A stretch of DNA of 63,443 bases, counting the filler, from Octopus bimaculoides (lineage: Eukaryota), in the NCBI RefSeq assembly GCF_001194135.2. It is 5 parts of 5 records of this genome, joined end to end, with 100 filler letters (N's around TTAATTAATTAA, not from the genome) between each part and the next. Parts side by side here need not be neighbours in the genome. Positions count along the whole stretch, not along the records: positions 18,042 to 42,504 come from NC_069001.1; 4 more parts are not named here. One strand, written 5' to 3'. Under the pieces are notes generated by a model. It did not search any database, was not told the DNA's origin, and saw only the letters and a list, made by a program, of their open reading frames with translations. The position numbers and the translations under genes were made by a program. This document shows, in pieces, positions 25,267 to 38,603 of the stretch. Position 1 is the first letter of the stretch. Each line of letters starts with the position of its first letter.

Positions 25267-25480
25267 CAAAAAACAATAACAAAAAACAAAAAAACAACAA
25301 AGTGAGGACGTGATATGGATAGTATTATTGGACGCTCAGGAAAGGAAAGAGAGAGTGTATGACGTTTCGGGCGTAGCCCTTCGTCGGAAAGATGGAAAGT
25401 TCGGAGAATGGAAGAACGGAGAAAGAGGAAAATGGTACCGATGCCCACCATTCTTTCACCTGGCCGTGGACACACCTGAA
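25266..25480 (-). mobile_element. Penelope-like pLTR-type fragment with HHR-like motif
   Basis: UCUUU-CCGACGA-A-GGGC-UAC-GCCC-GAA-ACGU-C at 25392-25356. Homologous to the copies at 52201 and 61176 and abuts (TA)n. Confidence 0.6.
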
Positions 25481-27065
25481 CATGAAGCGTTTCTAGATCA
25501 GCGTTGCTCGAGAGCCTTGGTATCTTCCGGATTTAGAGATATTTTCTCTATACCGAGATGCAGGTTTCTTTTTTTTTCTAATTCAGTTCTTTAATATCAA
25601 AGACAATTTTTACCTTATTTCGTTGTAAATCGGAAGTGCACCTTATCTCAAAATCCTCATCCCTTTGACGTTACTCCTAAGCGGTTTTAGAGCAGAGAAC
25701 ATTTAGCTAATTTATACTCAGTACTTATATATGAGATTGTTCGATATTATTCATAGTCTCAGTAAGTAACGCTTAGAAATCCAGGCGGAAATTGTTATGC
25801 TAGCTACATTTGATAGGACAAAATAGAAGAGGGGCACGAGGACACTAGCCTACGGCTCTCGGGAGAATGGATGGATAAAAGGATGGATGGACGGGATGGA
25901 CTGCATAGATGGATGGATAGTTGGATGGATGGATGCATGCATACTCACATGAGAATAATTACAAAAATTTACGTACAACACATTCAACAAAACGGCGACA
26001 TGTTTTCTAGGTCTCCCTAAAGGCTCCCCATGGAATCAGACAGACTGCATTGAATTAGGATACGCCAAGGTCAGGCTAAAAATATTAAAATCTGTGTGAA
26101 AAACAGTTGTTTTGATCTCCACCAGAAATGTGTCGACCACTTCCCTTGAGAGGAGTTGGTCTATGCCTAGATATACCACATGCATATTTTATTGACATTT
26201 TCTGTGGTATATTGCATCAAATCTCATGCAGGTATATATATCCACAAATTTTATGTCCCGGGGGAGACATTAAACTTGACAGTATATATATATATATATA
26301 TCCAATTCATGGTTGTAGCAGTATTTGTAGCTGTTATCGTTTGTGCGTATGAATGGCATAACAGCAACTGGGTCTGTGTGTGTATGTGCATACATTTCTC
26401 TTTCACATATAGAGAGTATCTCTCTCTGTCTCCCCTCTCTCTCTCTCTCTCTCTCTGTATATATATTATATATATGTACAAAAGGAGATGAAGAGAGAGA
26501 AAGGTAGACAAAGAAAGGTCGACAAAGAAAAACAGAGAGAGAGAGATGTACATGTCTGCATAATCATATACATATGTATAGGTGTGTGTGTGTAATATAT
26601 TTTTATGTATGTATATATGTATGTATATGTATATTTTTTTGCATGCAGGTATGCAAATACGTTCAGATGGATGCATGAGCATTTTTCTGCGAACAGATAC
26701 GGTTAGACGAATTATACAGAGATAGAAAGATAGATAGATAAATAAACATTTGGAGAGGTCGTAGATATCACTCAGGTGTCAATGACGTTAAAGACATATA
26801 TGAGTGTGAGGTGTGTGTATGTATGTTTAAAGTATGTATTTATGCGTTTTGGTATATGTTGAAGTGTGCGAATATATTAAATGAAAGAAATGGAAAAACA
26901 TAGCGAAATACATACATATAAAATGACAGGTTAAGGTAGACATATACCGCAGAAATACATATATAGGCATGTATGTGCGTGAGCATGTATGTTTCTCTCT
27001 CTCTCTCTCTCACTCACTCTCTCCCTCTCTCCCTCCCACCTTCTCTCTCTTTCCCTCTAAGTCTC

Positions 27066-27117
<52 letters not shown>

Positions 27118-27331
27118 CTATGCATATATGTGTGCGTCTGTGTTTGCGTGTGCAGATGAGGCAGTATGAGTACGAAATGATGTAAGAGCATATACAGATA
27201 ATTGTAAATGTGTGAACATAGAGCAATGACTTTGAATATATAATAATCTATTTATGAGAACACTTATGTATATGCCTGACTATAGATACATATATTCCGT
27301 GTGTACATTTGTTCGTGTGTGCGTGAGCGTG

Positions 27332-27368
<37 letters not shown>

Positions 27369-27490
27369 GCAATCATACATCTATACATAATTATATACAT
27401 ACCTAGCTACAAATTTGCCATGCTATCTTTCTCTTTATATTTATATGTAGTTACCTGTATATCTGTTTGTCTATATATCTATTCATTCAC

Positions 27491-27628
27491 ACATAAGCAC
27501 TTGTAAATATGCACACACATGCTAAAGAGACACACATGCACAGATATGTCTTCTCACGCACATAAGCACTTGTAAATATGCACACACATGCTAAAGAGAC
27601 ACACATGCAAAGATATGTCTTCTAACAC
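27491..27628 (+). repeat. 69-bp tandem duplication
   Basis: acataagcacttgtaaatatgcacacacatgctaaagagacacacatgca(c/a)agatatgtcttct at 27491 and 27560. Confidence 0.95.
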
Positions 27629-27643
27629 ACATACACACACACA

Positions 27644-27681
<38 letters not shown>

Positions 27682-29253
27682 TACAGACCCTTGCATACAT
27701 AATCATTCATATTGCACACGGAATAAAAATTGACGGTCTTTGTATGAGCGAACTAGATCCTTTGAACTGCTTTCAGCCTCTCAGAGTTTTCGGTTAGGTT
27801 TTTCGGAAAATATTTGAACACACAAGTTTTATAAAACAAAAACCAATAACATAACAAAAAACAGCAACCCCCAAAAAAGAAACTAAAACAAAATATGAAA
27901 AGAAGTAAAACACATGATGCAAAAATATTAAACAACGAAATACTACTCCAATCACTCCAAAACTTCTCACCATCAGCTCCGCCAAATAATAACGAAAATA
28001 TATCACGAAAAAATGAAGAAAATTACAAACAAAAGAAGACCAAAAGCTAAATATAAATGTATAAACAAATATACCTTCTAAAATAAAAGACACAGTAGAA
28101 AAACAGCAAAAACAAATATGGCGTTTATGATGTGTGAGAATATCTACTTCTACGTGGCAGCCATATTGGTTTGTCCTGTTAATGTAGTTATATCATTATA
28201 TAAAATATAGCCGGGGAGTTTTAACTGCCACTTGCTTGTGGTAACAGTTTTACTGTCATCTCTATAATAATGTACTAAGCAAATTTTCAGCGCACAAACC
28301 TTTCATGGCGCTGTTTAGTTTGTGAATGCAATATATAAATGATCTTTTTAGACGGATTCAGAATATCGATAAAGGAAAGTGGAGTGAGACTGGGTGGAAA
28401 TTGAAAATTCGCTTTATGTTCTCATGATCAATTTCTCAATGAGTATGTGTATGTAAAATTTTGGATATTGGTGTCTGCTTGGTATGTATGAGTGTTTCTG
28501 TTTCTGTTTGCGCAGTAGATATGCATAAAGAACGTACATTCGTATCTCTCTCTCTCACACTATCACAATATTTCTTTCTCTCTTCCTGTCTATTTCCCTC
28601 CCTCTCTCCTTTCCTCTCTCTCCACACACAGATATGTATGTGCGTATATATGTGTGTGCGTGTGTATGTATGTATGCATGTATATATGCATATATATATG
28701 AATATATATATATACATATATGTGTGTGGATATATGTATATGAATATGTATAAGTAAGTGCATATTTAAGTATGTGTATNNNNNNNNNNNNNNNNNNNNN
28801 NNNNNNNNNNNNNNNNNNNNNNNNNNNNNNNNNNNNNNNNNNNNNNNNNNNNNNNNNNNNNNNNNNNNNNNNNNNNNNNNNNNNNNNNNNNNNNNNNNNN
28901 NNNNNNNNNNNNNNNNNNNNNNNNNNNNNNNNNNNNNNNNNNNNNNNNNNNNNNNNNNNNNNNNNNNNNNNNNNNNNNNNNNNNNNNNNNNNNNNNNNNN
29001 NNNNNNNNNNNNNNNNNNNNNNNNNNNNNNNNNNNNNNNNNNNNNNNNNNNNNNNNNNNNNNNNNNNNNNNNNNNNNNNNNNNNNNNNNNNNNNNNNNNN
29101 NNNNNNNNNNNNNNNNNNNNNNNNNNNNNNNNNNNNNNNNNNNNNNNNNNNNNNNNNNNNNNNNNNNNNNNNNNNNNNNNNNNNNNNNNNNNNNNNNNNN
29201 NNNNNNNNNNNNNNNNNNNNNNNNNNNNNNNNNNNNNNNNNNNNNNNNNNNNN

Positions 29254-29287
<34 letters not shown>

Positions 29288-30174
29288 CATATTTATATAG
29301 TTATACAGATATACATACATAGGTACACACATCCATCCATCCATCCACATATACATACGTACATACAATCATACATACATAAATACATACGTGCATGCAT
29401 ACACACAACACACGGGCATCAGATATTATATACACATCCACTTTCATACACCCAGATATATCTTTATATATACATCATTTTATAGATATTTATAGACCTT
29501 AAATGTATCCATCTATCCATGTATACATGCATATATATAAATATATATATATATATAGGAACGCAGCATCTCTTTTCTAGATATTTTAGGTATATTTACA
29601 TTACTTTCTCCTCAATTTCCACTGACTTTTTATCTTCCCTTCCGTTCACCTCTGTCTGAGGAGCGGAACAATTTGCATAACATATTTACGCACTTAAAAT
29701 GACACCGAGGTTTTCAAAGCAGGAATTGGGAGCATTCACCCATGTACTACTTGAAATGAAATTGCGAAGTCCTCTAACACTGAGAACGAAATGTAATACT
29801 ACGTATATATGTATTTATGTATGTATGTATGTAGGGTTGAATGTGTATATGGCTGAATGTGTGTTTATGTATGTATATGCATATATGTATTCATATAGGT
29901 ATGTATGTATCAACGGTATGTTTACGTGTATGTATTTTTCTATACATAAATTTGGATGTGCATGCACTTGTTTACCAATCCATCCTTCCATCCATCCATC
30001 CATCGTTCTCTCTATCCGTCTGTCTATCTAGATATATCTCTCTCTCTTTCTCTCTCTCTCAGTCTCTCTCTCTCTCAGTCTCTCTCTCCATCTATCCATG
30101 TATCTATCCATCGATGGATCATTTGATCAGTCGATTAATGAATCTGAATGTCAACCAGTCTATCTATCTATCTG

Positions 30175-30245
<71 letters not shown>

Positions 30246-30959
30246 GCCTAAATGGAAACATACTAACTCACATGCATATATACACACACATGCATACATG
30301 TATATGATTTGTGTGAACTGTGGACCTCGAAGTATAAACGTTTCTATATATTGATAACACCTAGAAGAGAGTGCTTCTTTTCCATTCACCAAAGTGAATC
30401 GAGCCTTGGTCAAAAATAACTGATGCCATCACAGATTATCCAAGGATCATCAGGTGTTTCGACCATGAAGCGTAAACACTTCCCAATGGCTGGCCGGCAG
30501 ATTTGGCTAATTAACTGCCTTTGTCTCCTTCTCGCTTCCAGCTTAACTCCCCTTCTCTTGTTTAATAAACAAAATGTCACCCTTTCTGCTGCATCAGAGA
30601 TCCTGTAACAGCCACCCTTCGCTCCTTTCATCTCATTTGCATGTAATTATTGCCTCAATGTCCACTGTTCTTCGGGCATTTCTCCATCTTTTTTCCACTT
30701 CCGAAAAAAGATATAGTAAAATTAACTCTTCTTGTTTTCTCTCAATCTCAAATAAATATTATTCATTGTCAATTTATCCTTGCTGATGTCTTTGTTGTAA
30801 TTTTGGTTTTGTTCGCCGCATTTTCCCGTCCAATTGGTTCTGAATAAAATATTCAAACGCCATTACTTATAGCTTTCTCTGTTTTTGGTTCCAGCGTTGA
30901 TCATATCTCTCGAACTTCTAAATTCATATATATATATATATATATATATNNNNNNNNNN

Positions 30960-30991
<32 letters not shown>

Positions 30992-31109
30992 CATACAAAT
31001 ATACATATACATATATACAATTTGAACTCAGAAAGTAGAGACAGACAAAATGCCGGTAAGCATTTCTACCAGCTCGCATTTACACATTTTATACCTTAGT
31101 GAGTTTGGG

Positions 31110-31320
31110 TGTGTTTCTGTCTCTGTTTTTGCGACCTAACTATTGACAGCTAATGTTGGTGTATTAACCACCCTATTACACAGTAGTTCCGCAAAACTGA
31201 GTGACAGAATACGTACAAGGCTGAAAAAAAAGCAATGGGATCGATTCATTCGATTAGAGATTCTTCAAGGCAGCGCTCCAGCTTGGCCCCTGTCTAATGA
31301 ATTATACAAATAAAGGACAA
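31110..31320 (+). mobile_element. Old family A-related SINE, 3' half
   Basis: Diverged ttgacagc..gttggtgt..ttacacagtagttccgcaaaa...gctccagcttggcc. A family B head remnant lies on the minus strand at 31021-31077. Confidence 0.65.
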
Positions 31321-31648
31321 ACGGTAAAAAAGAATTAATAATTTTAATATCAACGCGGTTACTGCATTACCATCATGAAATTATAGCACTTAACTAATTC
31401 AACCCTTTGGTTAGTTAGAGAATATTAGTGACTGGAATAGTTACTTTGCATGATTTTATTGAATTCTACAAATACGTAACTAAAATTCGTCTCCATAAAG
31501 CCGTATCGTTTCACAAGAAATCCATTAAAATTAATGAAACTGACATGAGCATAATATTAGTAACACACTTTTAATTTTTGAAATGATAACATTTTACTGT
31601 TTCTTCTAAATTATAACACACAAACACACACAAAAAGACAAACAAACA

Positions 31649-31709
<61 letters not shown>

Positions 31710-31738
31710 ACACACACACACACAAACACATATATTAT

Positions 31739-32062
31739 AGGCGCAGGCGTAGATATGTGGGAAGACGATTACTTCCGAGTTCAGTCCCACTGCATGGAAT
31801 GTGAGTGGATTTGGTAGGCGGAAACTGAAAGAAGCCGTCGTATATGTGTGTATGGGTGTATGTGTTTGTCCCCCACCACCATCACACGACAACCAAGATT
31901 TCTGTGTTTACGTCCCCCGTAACTTAGGAGTTCGGCAAAAGAAAACCATACCATAATAATTAGACTTACAAAGAATGACTCTGATGCTCCATTTGCTCGA
32001 CTAATGGTAATACACCAGCATTCCACAGTCAAATGACAAAGACAAGTAAATTAATAAAAGAA
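31739..32062 (+). mobile_element. SINE family A, internally deleted
   Basis: Family A homology. Confidence 0.85.
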
Positions 32063-32806
32063 TATATTACATATATATATATATATATATATATATAACT
32101 GTGGATGTGTTTGTATATGTGTATGTGTGTGTGTGTGTGTCTGTGTGTCTGTGTATACCCGCAGATATTCTGAAGTTCGCAACTGATTTTCTCAGAAATG
32201 GGATCATTACTTCATCAATAACATAATCATCTTCAATATCACAGTCATGATCATCATCATCATCATCATCATCATAATCAATACCTCCACCACCAACGAC
32301 AAAAATCATCAACTCCGCCATCAACTTCGTGATGCACCTCTACCTCTTACTCCTCCTACTGGTCTCCTTCCCCTTCACACTCGACCTCCTCCCTTTCATC
32401 ATTAAGTTGACATTTTTCACCACCAATACCATCCATAAAATTCCAACTCTTCACGTCTCCTCTCCACCAACTTCATCAACCAAACTATTCTCGCCACAAA
32501 ACACAGGTCATTAACGAGAAAACCTGTCAAACCGTCACCAAACTCTCAAATCGAATCTCCTTTCAAATACTACAAGACATTCATTTACATCAAGGTGACA
32601 GGGCTCGTTTAGTTGTCACTTATTAAAAATATGTGTCTGTGAATGACTGTGAACGTTGGCGTTTGTATTATGGCAGTTTCTTTCTCGGAACGCAATATTT
32701 TTTTTACGCTTGTAAGGAAAATAAGGAACAACACCAGCAAAAGGGCATCCGTCTTATTCTTTAGAATTTTTTTCTTCAGAGCATTTCGAATATTTTTCTT
32801 CCTCTA

Positions 32807-33382
32807 GGCGTAGGAGTGGCTGTGTGGTAAGTAGCTTGCTTACAAACCACATGGTTCCGGGTTCAGTCCTACTGCGTGACACCTTGGGCAAGTGTCTTCT
32901 ACTATAGCCTCGGGCCGACCAAAGCTTTGTGAGTGGATTTGGTAGATGGAAACTGAAAGAAGCCCGTCGTATATATGTATATATATATATATNNNNNNNN
33001 NNNNNNNNNNNNNNNNNNNNNNNNNNNNNNNNNNNNNNNNNNNNNNNNNNNNNNNNNNNNNNNNNNNNNNNNNNNNNNNNNNNNNNNNNNNNNNNNNNNN
33101 NNNNNNNNNNNNNNNNNNNNNNNNNNNNNNNNNNNNNNNNNNNNNNNNNNNNNNNNNNNNNNNNNNNNNNNNNNNNNNNNNNNNNNNNNNNNNNNNNNNN
33201 NNNNNNNNNNNNNNNNNNNNNNNNNNNNNNNGTCCCCGTAACTTAGCGGTTCGGCAAAAGAGACCGATCGAATAATTACTAGGCTTACCGAGCATAAGTC
33301 CTGGGATCGATTTGCTCGATTAAATGGTGGTGCTCCAACATGGCCGCAGTCAAATGACTGAAACAAGTAAAAGAGTACAAGA
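32807..33382 (+). mobile_element. SINE family A, full length, gapped
   Basis: Family A head and tail on either side of an N gap. Confidence 0.92.
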
Positions 33383-33544
33383 GGCATGACAGGCTTCTTT
33401 CAGTTCTCGTCTACCATATCCATTAACAAGGATTTTATTTGGTCCCAGTCTATAGAAGAAAACACTTGCCCAATAGATATATATATATAGTGCTTGAATA
33501 TAGTCAGCACTCTACTATAAACATGGCTCAAAAAAGAATGGTAC

Positions 33545-33700
33545 ATCGACCCCAGTCATCAACTGGTACTTATTTTATCGAACACCGAAACGATGGAAGG
33601 CAGGTTCGACCTTGGCGGAATTTGGACTCAGGAGGTTAAGAGTGGTTAAATCTTACTAAGCCTATGATCTGATGTGCTAACTATTCTACCAGCTCAGTAC
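33545..33700 (-). mobile_element. SINE family B variant (a family A fragment lies at 33389-33473, minus strand)
   Basis: actggtacttattttatcga...gaaggcaggttcgaccttggcggaatttggactcag. Confidence 0.7.
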
Positions 33701-33738
33701 ATTAATCCTGGGAAATAACAACAACAACAATAATAACA

Positions 33739-33789
<51 letters not shown>

Positions 33790-34101
33790 CTCCAAAATAT
33801 TTAAGGTCGTTGAAATTTTAATTGAAATTAATCAAGAAGAATTATAGGAAAAAAAACAGAAAGACACTCAGCAGAAAATATGAAAAATCTCCATAAAACA
33901 GATGAATTGTTATGAAAATTTAGTGATAGTATTAATAGAATATGACAGTTTAGGACAGAGATTAGAGTAAATATTAAATGTGGGAAAGAGGAAATGCTAA
34001 AGAAAAAATTTAAAAAAAAACAGAAGCAAAAGCGAAAGACAGTCGTTGAAAGCGGAAAAGAGCGTAGTTATAATAGTGGTGGTAGTGTTAGTAGTAATGT
34101 G

Positions 34102-34569
34102 AGGAGGAGGAGGAGGAGGATGTGCAGAAGAAGAAGAAAAAAAACAACAGCAGCAACAACAGTGAAATGATGAATTACATATCGCTGACGGGGATAATGT
34201 TGAAGACGATGATGACGATGACGACGACGGTGACGATGATGGTGATGAAAATNNNNNNNNNNNNNNNNNNNNNNNNNNNNNNNNNNNNNNNNNNNNNNNN
34301 NNNNNNNNNNNNNNNNNNNNNNNNNNNNNNNNNNNNNNNNNNNNNNNNNNNNNNNNNNNNNNNNNNNNNNNNNNNNNNNNNNNNNNGAAGAAGAAGAAGA
34401 AGAAGAAGAAGAAGAAGAAGGAGGAGGAGGAGGAGGATGTGCAGAAGAAGAAGAAAAAAAACAACAGCAGCAACAACAGTGAAATGATGAATTACATATC
34501 GCTGACGGGGATAATGTTGAAGACGATGATGACGATGACGACGACGGTGACGATGATGGTGATGAAAAT
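34102..34569. other. 151-bp identical duplication across an N gap (probable unmerged contig overlap)
   Basis: 34102-34252 equals 34419-34569, and the first copy ends at the gap edge. Confidence 0.85.
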
Positions 34570-35431
34570 GATGATGATGATTATTACGACGACGATGTTG
34601 ATGATCGTAAAGACGTTGATGATGATGACGACGACAACTACGATGATGTTGATGATAATGGAAAAAGGAGAGGAAAAAAGAAGTAAATGATGACGAGATG
34701 GATGAGGTTGAGGGTGAAGAAGGAGTAATAGAGAAGGGTAAAGAGAAGAGCCCCTAATTACCAGAAAAAAAACGGGAAAAAAAAGAAAAAGAACTATCTG
34801 AAAGCATTGGATGAATTAGAAGAAAAATCGTTGGGAAAAAACGAAATTGGGAATTAAATCTGGTGTTTGCTCCTAAATCTGCAATGTGTAATGACAATTA
34901 ACAGAAGTCAGGCTAATATGTAAAAAGCAGAAAAAGAAAAACAAAATCAGAAAAGAAGAAAAAATGAACAGAAGTTAATAAAACAAAATAAAAAATTAGA
35001 AGTAACTCGGGAAAAAAAAAGTCAACACCCGAAAAAACAAACAACTGCAATTATGGGAAAAAAATATATAGTTAAAATTATAAAAATAATTTCTCTGATT
35101 ATGTTGATTAGTTTCTGGAAAATAAATAAATAAATAAATAATTGAAATCCTTGNNNNNNNNNNNNNNNNNNNNNNNNNNNNNNNNNNNNNNNNNNNNNNN
35201 NNNNNNNNNNNNNNNNNNNNNNNNNNNNNNNNNNNNNNNNNNNNNNNNNNNNNNNNNNNNNNNNNNNNNNNNNNNNNNNNNNNNNNNNNNNNNNNNNNNN
35301 NNNNNNNNNNNNNNNNNNNNNNNNNNNNNNNNNNNNNNNNNNNNNNNNNNNNNNNNNNNNNNNNNNNNNNNNNNNNNNNNNNNNNNNNNNNNNNNNNNNN
35401 NNNNNNNNNNNNNNNNNNNNNNNNNNNNNNN

Positions 35432-35940
35432 ATTTTATTTTGGGGGACCCCTGTAGGTATTCTACGTCTAAAAACTAATTTTATAGAAACTCCTATTTTG
35501 GTTTCCACACATTAACTTTTGTAGGTTGAATTATGTAAAATGTTAGGGAAAGAAGCTTAGCTGTTTCTTGTAATACATCCATCTAAAGCAAAACATTATT
35601 CAGGGCCCCTAAACTCTTCTTTAATCCTTTTTGCCCCTTGTGGAGAATAGGGCCTCAACAGTTATTTTCCACTTTTTGCAGTCATTGGTGTGTTTCTTGA
35701 CTGCTTCCCATGTCAGGCCGGTGGTCCTGAGCTCCTCTAAAATGCTCCATTTCCATATCTGCTTCGGGCCTCCTCGCTTCCTTTTCCTCTGCGGCTTCCA
35801 GTCAAGTGCTTGTCGTATCACATTTGAGGTTTCTTTCCGCAGTATGTGTCCGATCCATCTCCATTTTCTTCGTCTAATCTGAACATGTATGGGCCCCTAA
35901 AATCCTATTGTCAATCTCCAGTTTTCTTGTGTTGCTGAGA
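35432..35940 (+). mobile_element. hAT-like MITE remnant interrupted by a LINE
   Basis: Homologous to 60240-60550 on both sides of the 35614-35890 insertion. Confidence 0.6.
35614..35890 (-). mobile_element. 5'-truncated RTE/RTE-X-like LINE end
   Basis: IQIRRRKWRWIGHILRK..IRQALDWKPQRKRKRGGPKQIWK..GLTW..KKWKITVEALFSTRGKKD*. The 11-bp TSD GGGCCCCTAAA is at 35603-35613 and 35891-35901. Confidence 0.9.
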
Positions 35941-37625
35941 ACATCTCTTCCCTTTCGCTGATGTGCGTTCATAACACATGTGATACCCTAATACATCGTT
36001 GTAAGGGGACTTCGAGACAGTAGAGTCTCGACTGCGTAGTACAACATTTCAGTGGAAGCTTCTCCATAATACACATGATTCGCTGTGATTCACTGATACA
36101 ATGTAATTCACTGGTAGGTCGTTGTCGGGGAACATTTAGACAGCACGTTATTTCGGCTTGCATTAGGCGTCTCTTCAATCGAGACTTCTCCATAGCGCAT
36201 ATAATTTACCGGTACGTTCTTACAAAGGGACATCGAGACAGCACGGTGTTTCGACTGTGTTGTTTGTCTCTGCAGTCAAAGCTTTTCCACTCGTGCTCTT
36301 GTAAAATTAAACGATCCGGTCGTGGAGTAAATTCGATTGAAGAAACGCATAACGAAGTCAAAACACAGCATTATTTCATAGTTTCTTTACAGCGGTGAAC
36401 TGGTGAAGCTCAGGTGTTATAAATACACGTCACCGAAAGAAAAAGCCGATGCCTGGTGACGGAATATAACAGCGATCAGATATTCATGTTCGAATGTGCC
36501 AGAATCTATATAGAATGAACAGATACGTTATTGTTTGAAATCTAGAGGGTCCGCAAACAACCTATTAATTATTACACTAAGGGTGCTCTTATAAATCACC
36601 ATCTCGTGGAAAGGGACGCTGAAGTACATAAAGTTGTAAAATATCGAATATGGCAGTCATCGTCGACTAACGACGAAATATTTATTTTGAAGATAATACG
36701 TGCATGTTTCGTTTATACTAACAGCACGTTATTGGTATGACTACCCATATCTATTTACTCATTAAATCTGTCTAAATCTTTGAGTAAGTTAATATACCAT
36801 AGGGAAGCATAACTTCTAATATTTTCGGAAGGGTAGTTCTCAAATAAAAGCCGTTATTGAAACATTAGAACTCGATCAATATTCCACGCAACATCCAAAA
36901 CTAAAAATAAAAACCTTATTGAAGCGTAATGTTCCTGATTTCACAAATTGATATTTACAGACGTTGAGCATCACCAGTTTCCTGGAATCATGGGTTGTCT
37001 TTACGAAATATAAGAATTTTACTTAATTAATAAATTCACCAGTAAAGGTTTCCGTTACATTACAGAAATTCATTTGAGGTTTTATTTTACTTTCAACCAC
37101 AAACAACATATAATTGCTTTCTGAAATTTGCTTTCTCTTCCAGACATCTTTGCTAATTTTTTCAAGCTAGTTTCGCGTCCAAAAAAATTATTTTTATTTT
37201 TGCATAAATGATCTAATCAGTTTTCGAATTATTAGAAGCAAAGAAAGAAATAAAGAAATAGTGAACGAACCAAAAGATCTTTCATTACTGATACATAATT
37301 AAAAACTTGACAACGCAAGAGAGTAGAATTAACAGATTAGTGTTGTGGATAGAATACTTTTTCACATCTCTCTTTGGGTGTGTGTGTCTGTATGTGTGTG
37401 TATGAATGTGTGTGTTGCCTTCAATCTTTGTTTATTTTTCCTTCTGTCTCCTGTTTTCTCAGATTACCGCCGTTTACCTTTCCCATCTTCAATATTTTTT
37501 CGTCTCTCTTTTTTTGTTTTTACTTTTCTATTGTGTCTTTTTTTTTTTTTCTATTTCATTCTTTCATTCATTCGTTTAAAAGTTAACGTGATTCTGTCGG
37601 TTCAGAAATGTAGTGGTGTCGAACG

Positions 37626-37724
37626 GTTTGTGACGACGAAGACGATAACAATGATGATGACAGCGATAACGACGACGGTAACTGTGATGATGATGATGAT
37701 GACGATGATGATGATGATGATGAC

Positions 37725-37756
<32 letters not shown>

Positions 37757-37759
37757 CGG

Positions 37760-37816
<57 letters not shown>

Positions 37817-37900
37817 CGGTGATGATGATATGATGATGATGATATGATGAAGATGACGACGACGACGACGGCGATGATTTTCTTGGGGGTCATAATGAAT
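37626..37900. repeat. (GAT/GAC)n trinucleotide repeat
   Basis: Visible in sequence. Confidence 0.9.
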
Positions 37901-38222
37901 TCTATGATGAAGAGGTGAAGTTTCGATGATGACGAAGATGACGATGAGTAGAAATTTAAAGATGGTGATGCTGAATATGAGGTTGGTGACTGGGTAAAGG
38001 TGGCACATATGATCGTGACCGTGATAATGATGTTGCTTAAGTTGGTGGTTGAAATGATGACAACTACCACGACGATGATGACGACGATTTTAATGTCGAT
38101 TATGGAGATATTTAATGAAGTAATTGTTAATGACATCTATATCTATTTCTGGTATTTCTGACTCACCAAAAGAATCCATCATTGCTATTATTGCTGCTTA
38201 GTCACTGATTAAGTATATCAGA

Positions 38223-38603
38223 GTGGAGGCGCAATGGCCCAGTGATTAGGGCATCGGACTCGCGGTCATAGGATTGCGGTTTCGATTCCCAGACCGGGCG
38301 CTGTGAGTGTTTATTGAGCGAAAATACCTAAAGCTCCACGAGGCTCCGGCAGGGGATGGTGGCGAACCCTGCTGTACTCTTTCACCACAACTTTCTCTCA
38401 CTCTTACTTCCTGTTTCTGTTGTGCCTGTAATTCAAAGGGTCAGCCTTGTTACACTGTGTCACGCTGAATATCCCCGAGAAATACGTTGAGAGTACACGT
38501 GTCTGTGGAGTGCTCAGCCACTTGCACGTTAATTTCATGAGCTTGCTGTTCTGTTGATCGGATCAACAGGAACCCTCGACGTCGTAAGCGACGGAGTGCC
38601 AAC
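38223..38603 (+). mobile_element. tRNA-derived SINE family C, full length
   Basis: Head TGGAGGCGCAATGGCCCAGTGATTAGGGC...GGTTTCGATTCCC, a hairpin-rich tail, and a perfect 12-bp TSD AAGTATATCAGA (38211-38222, 38604-38615). Confidence 0.95.

Noticed and set aside
30440-30465. GAAAC...CTGATGA on the minus strand as a type II/III hammerhead
   Set aside because: Only 2 nt separate GAAAC and CTGATGA, leaving no room for helices III and I.
38224-38295. tRNA genes at SINE heads (also 3338-3404, 11930, 49530-49603)
   Set aside because: The acceptor and anticodon stems do not pair properly and each continues into a SINE body, so these are tRNA-derived heads rather than tRNAs.
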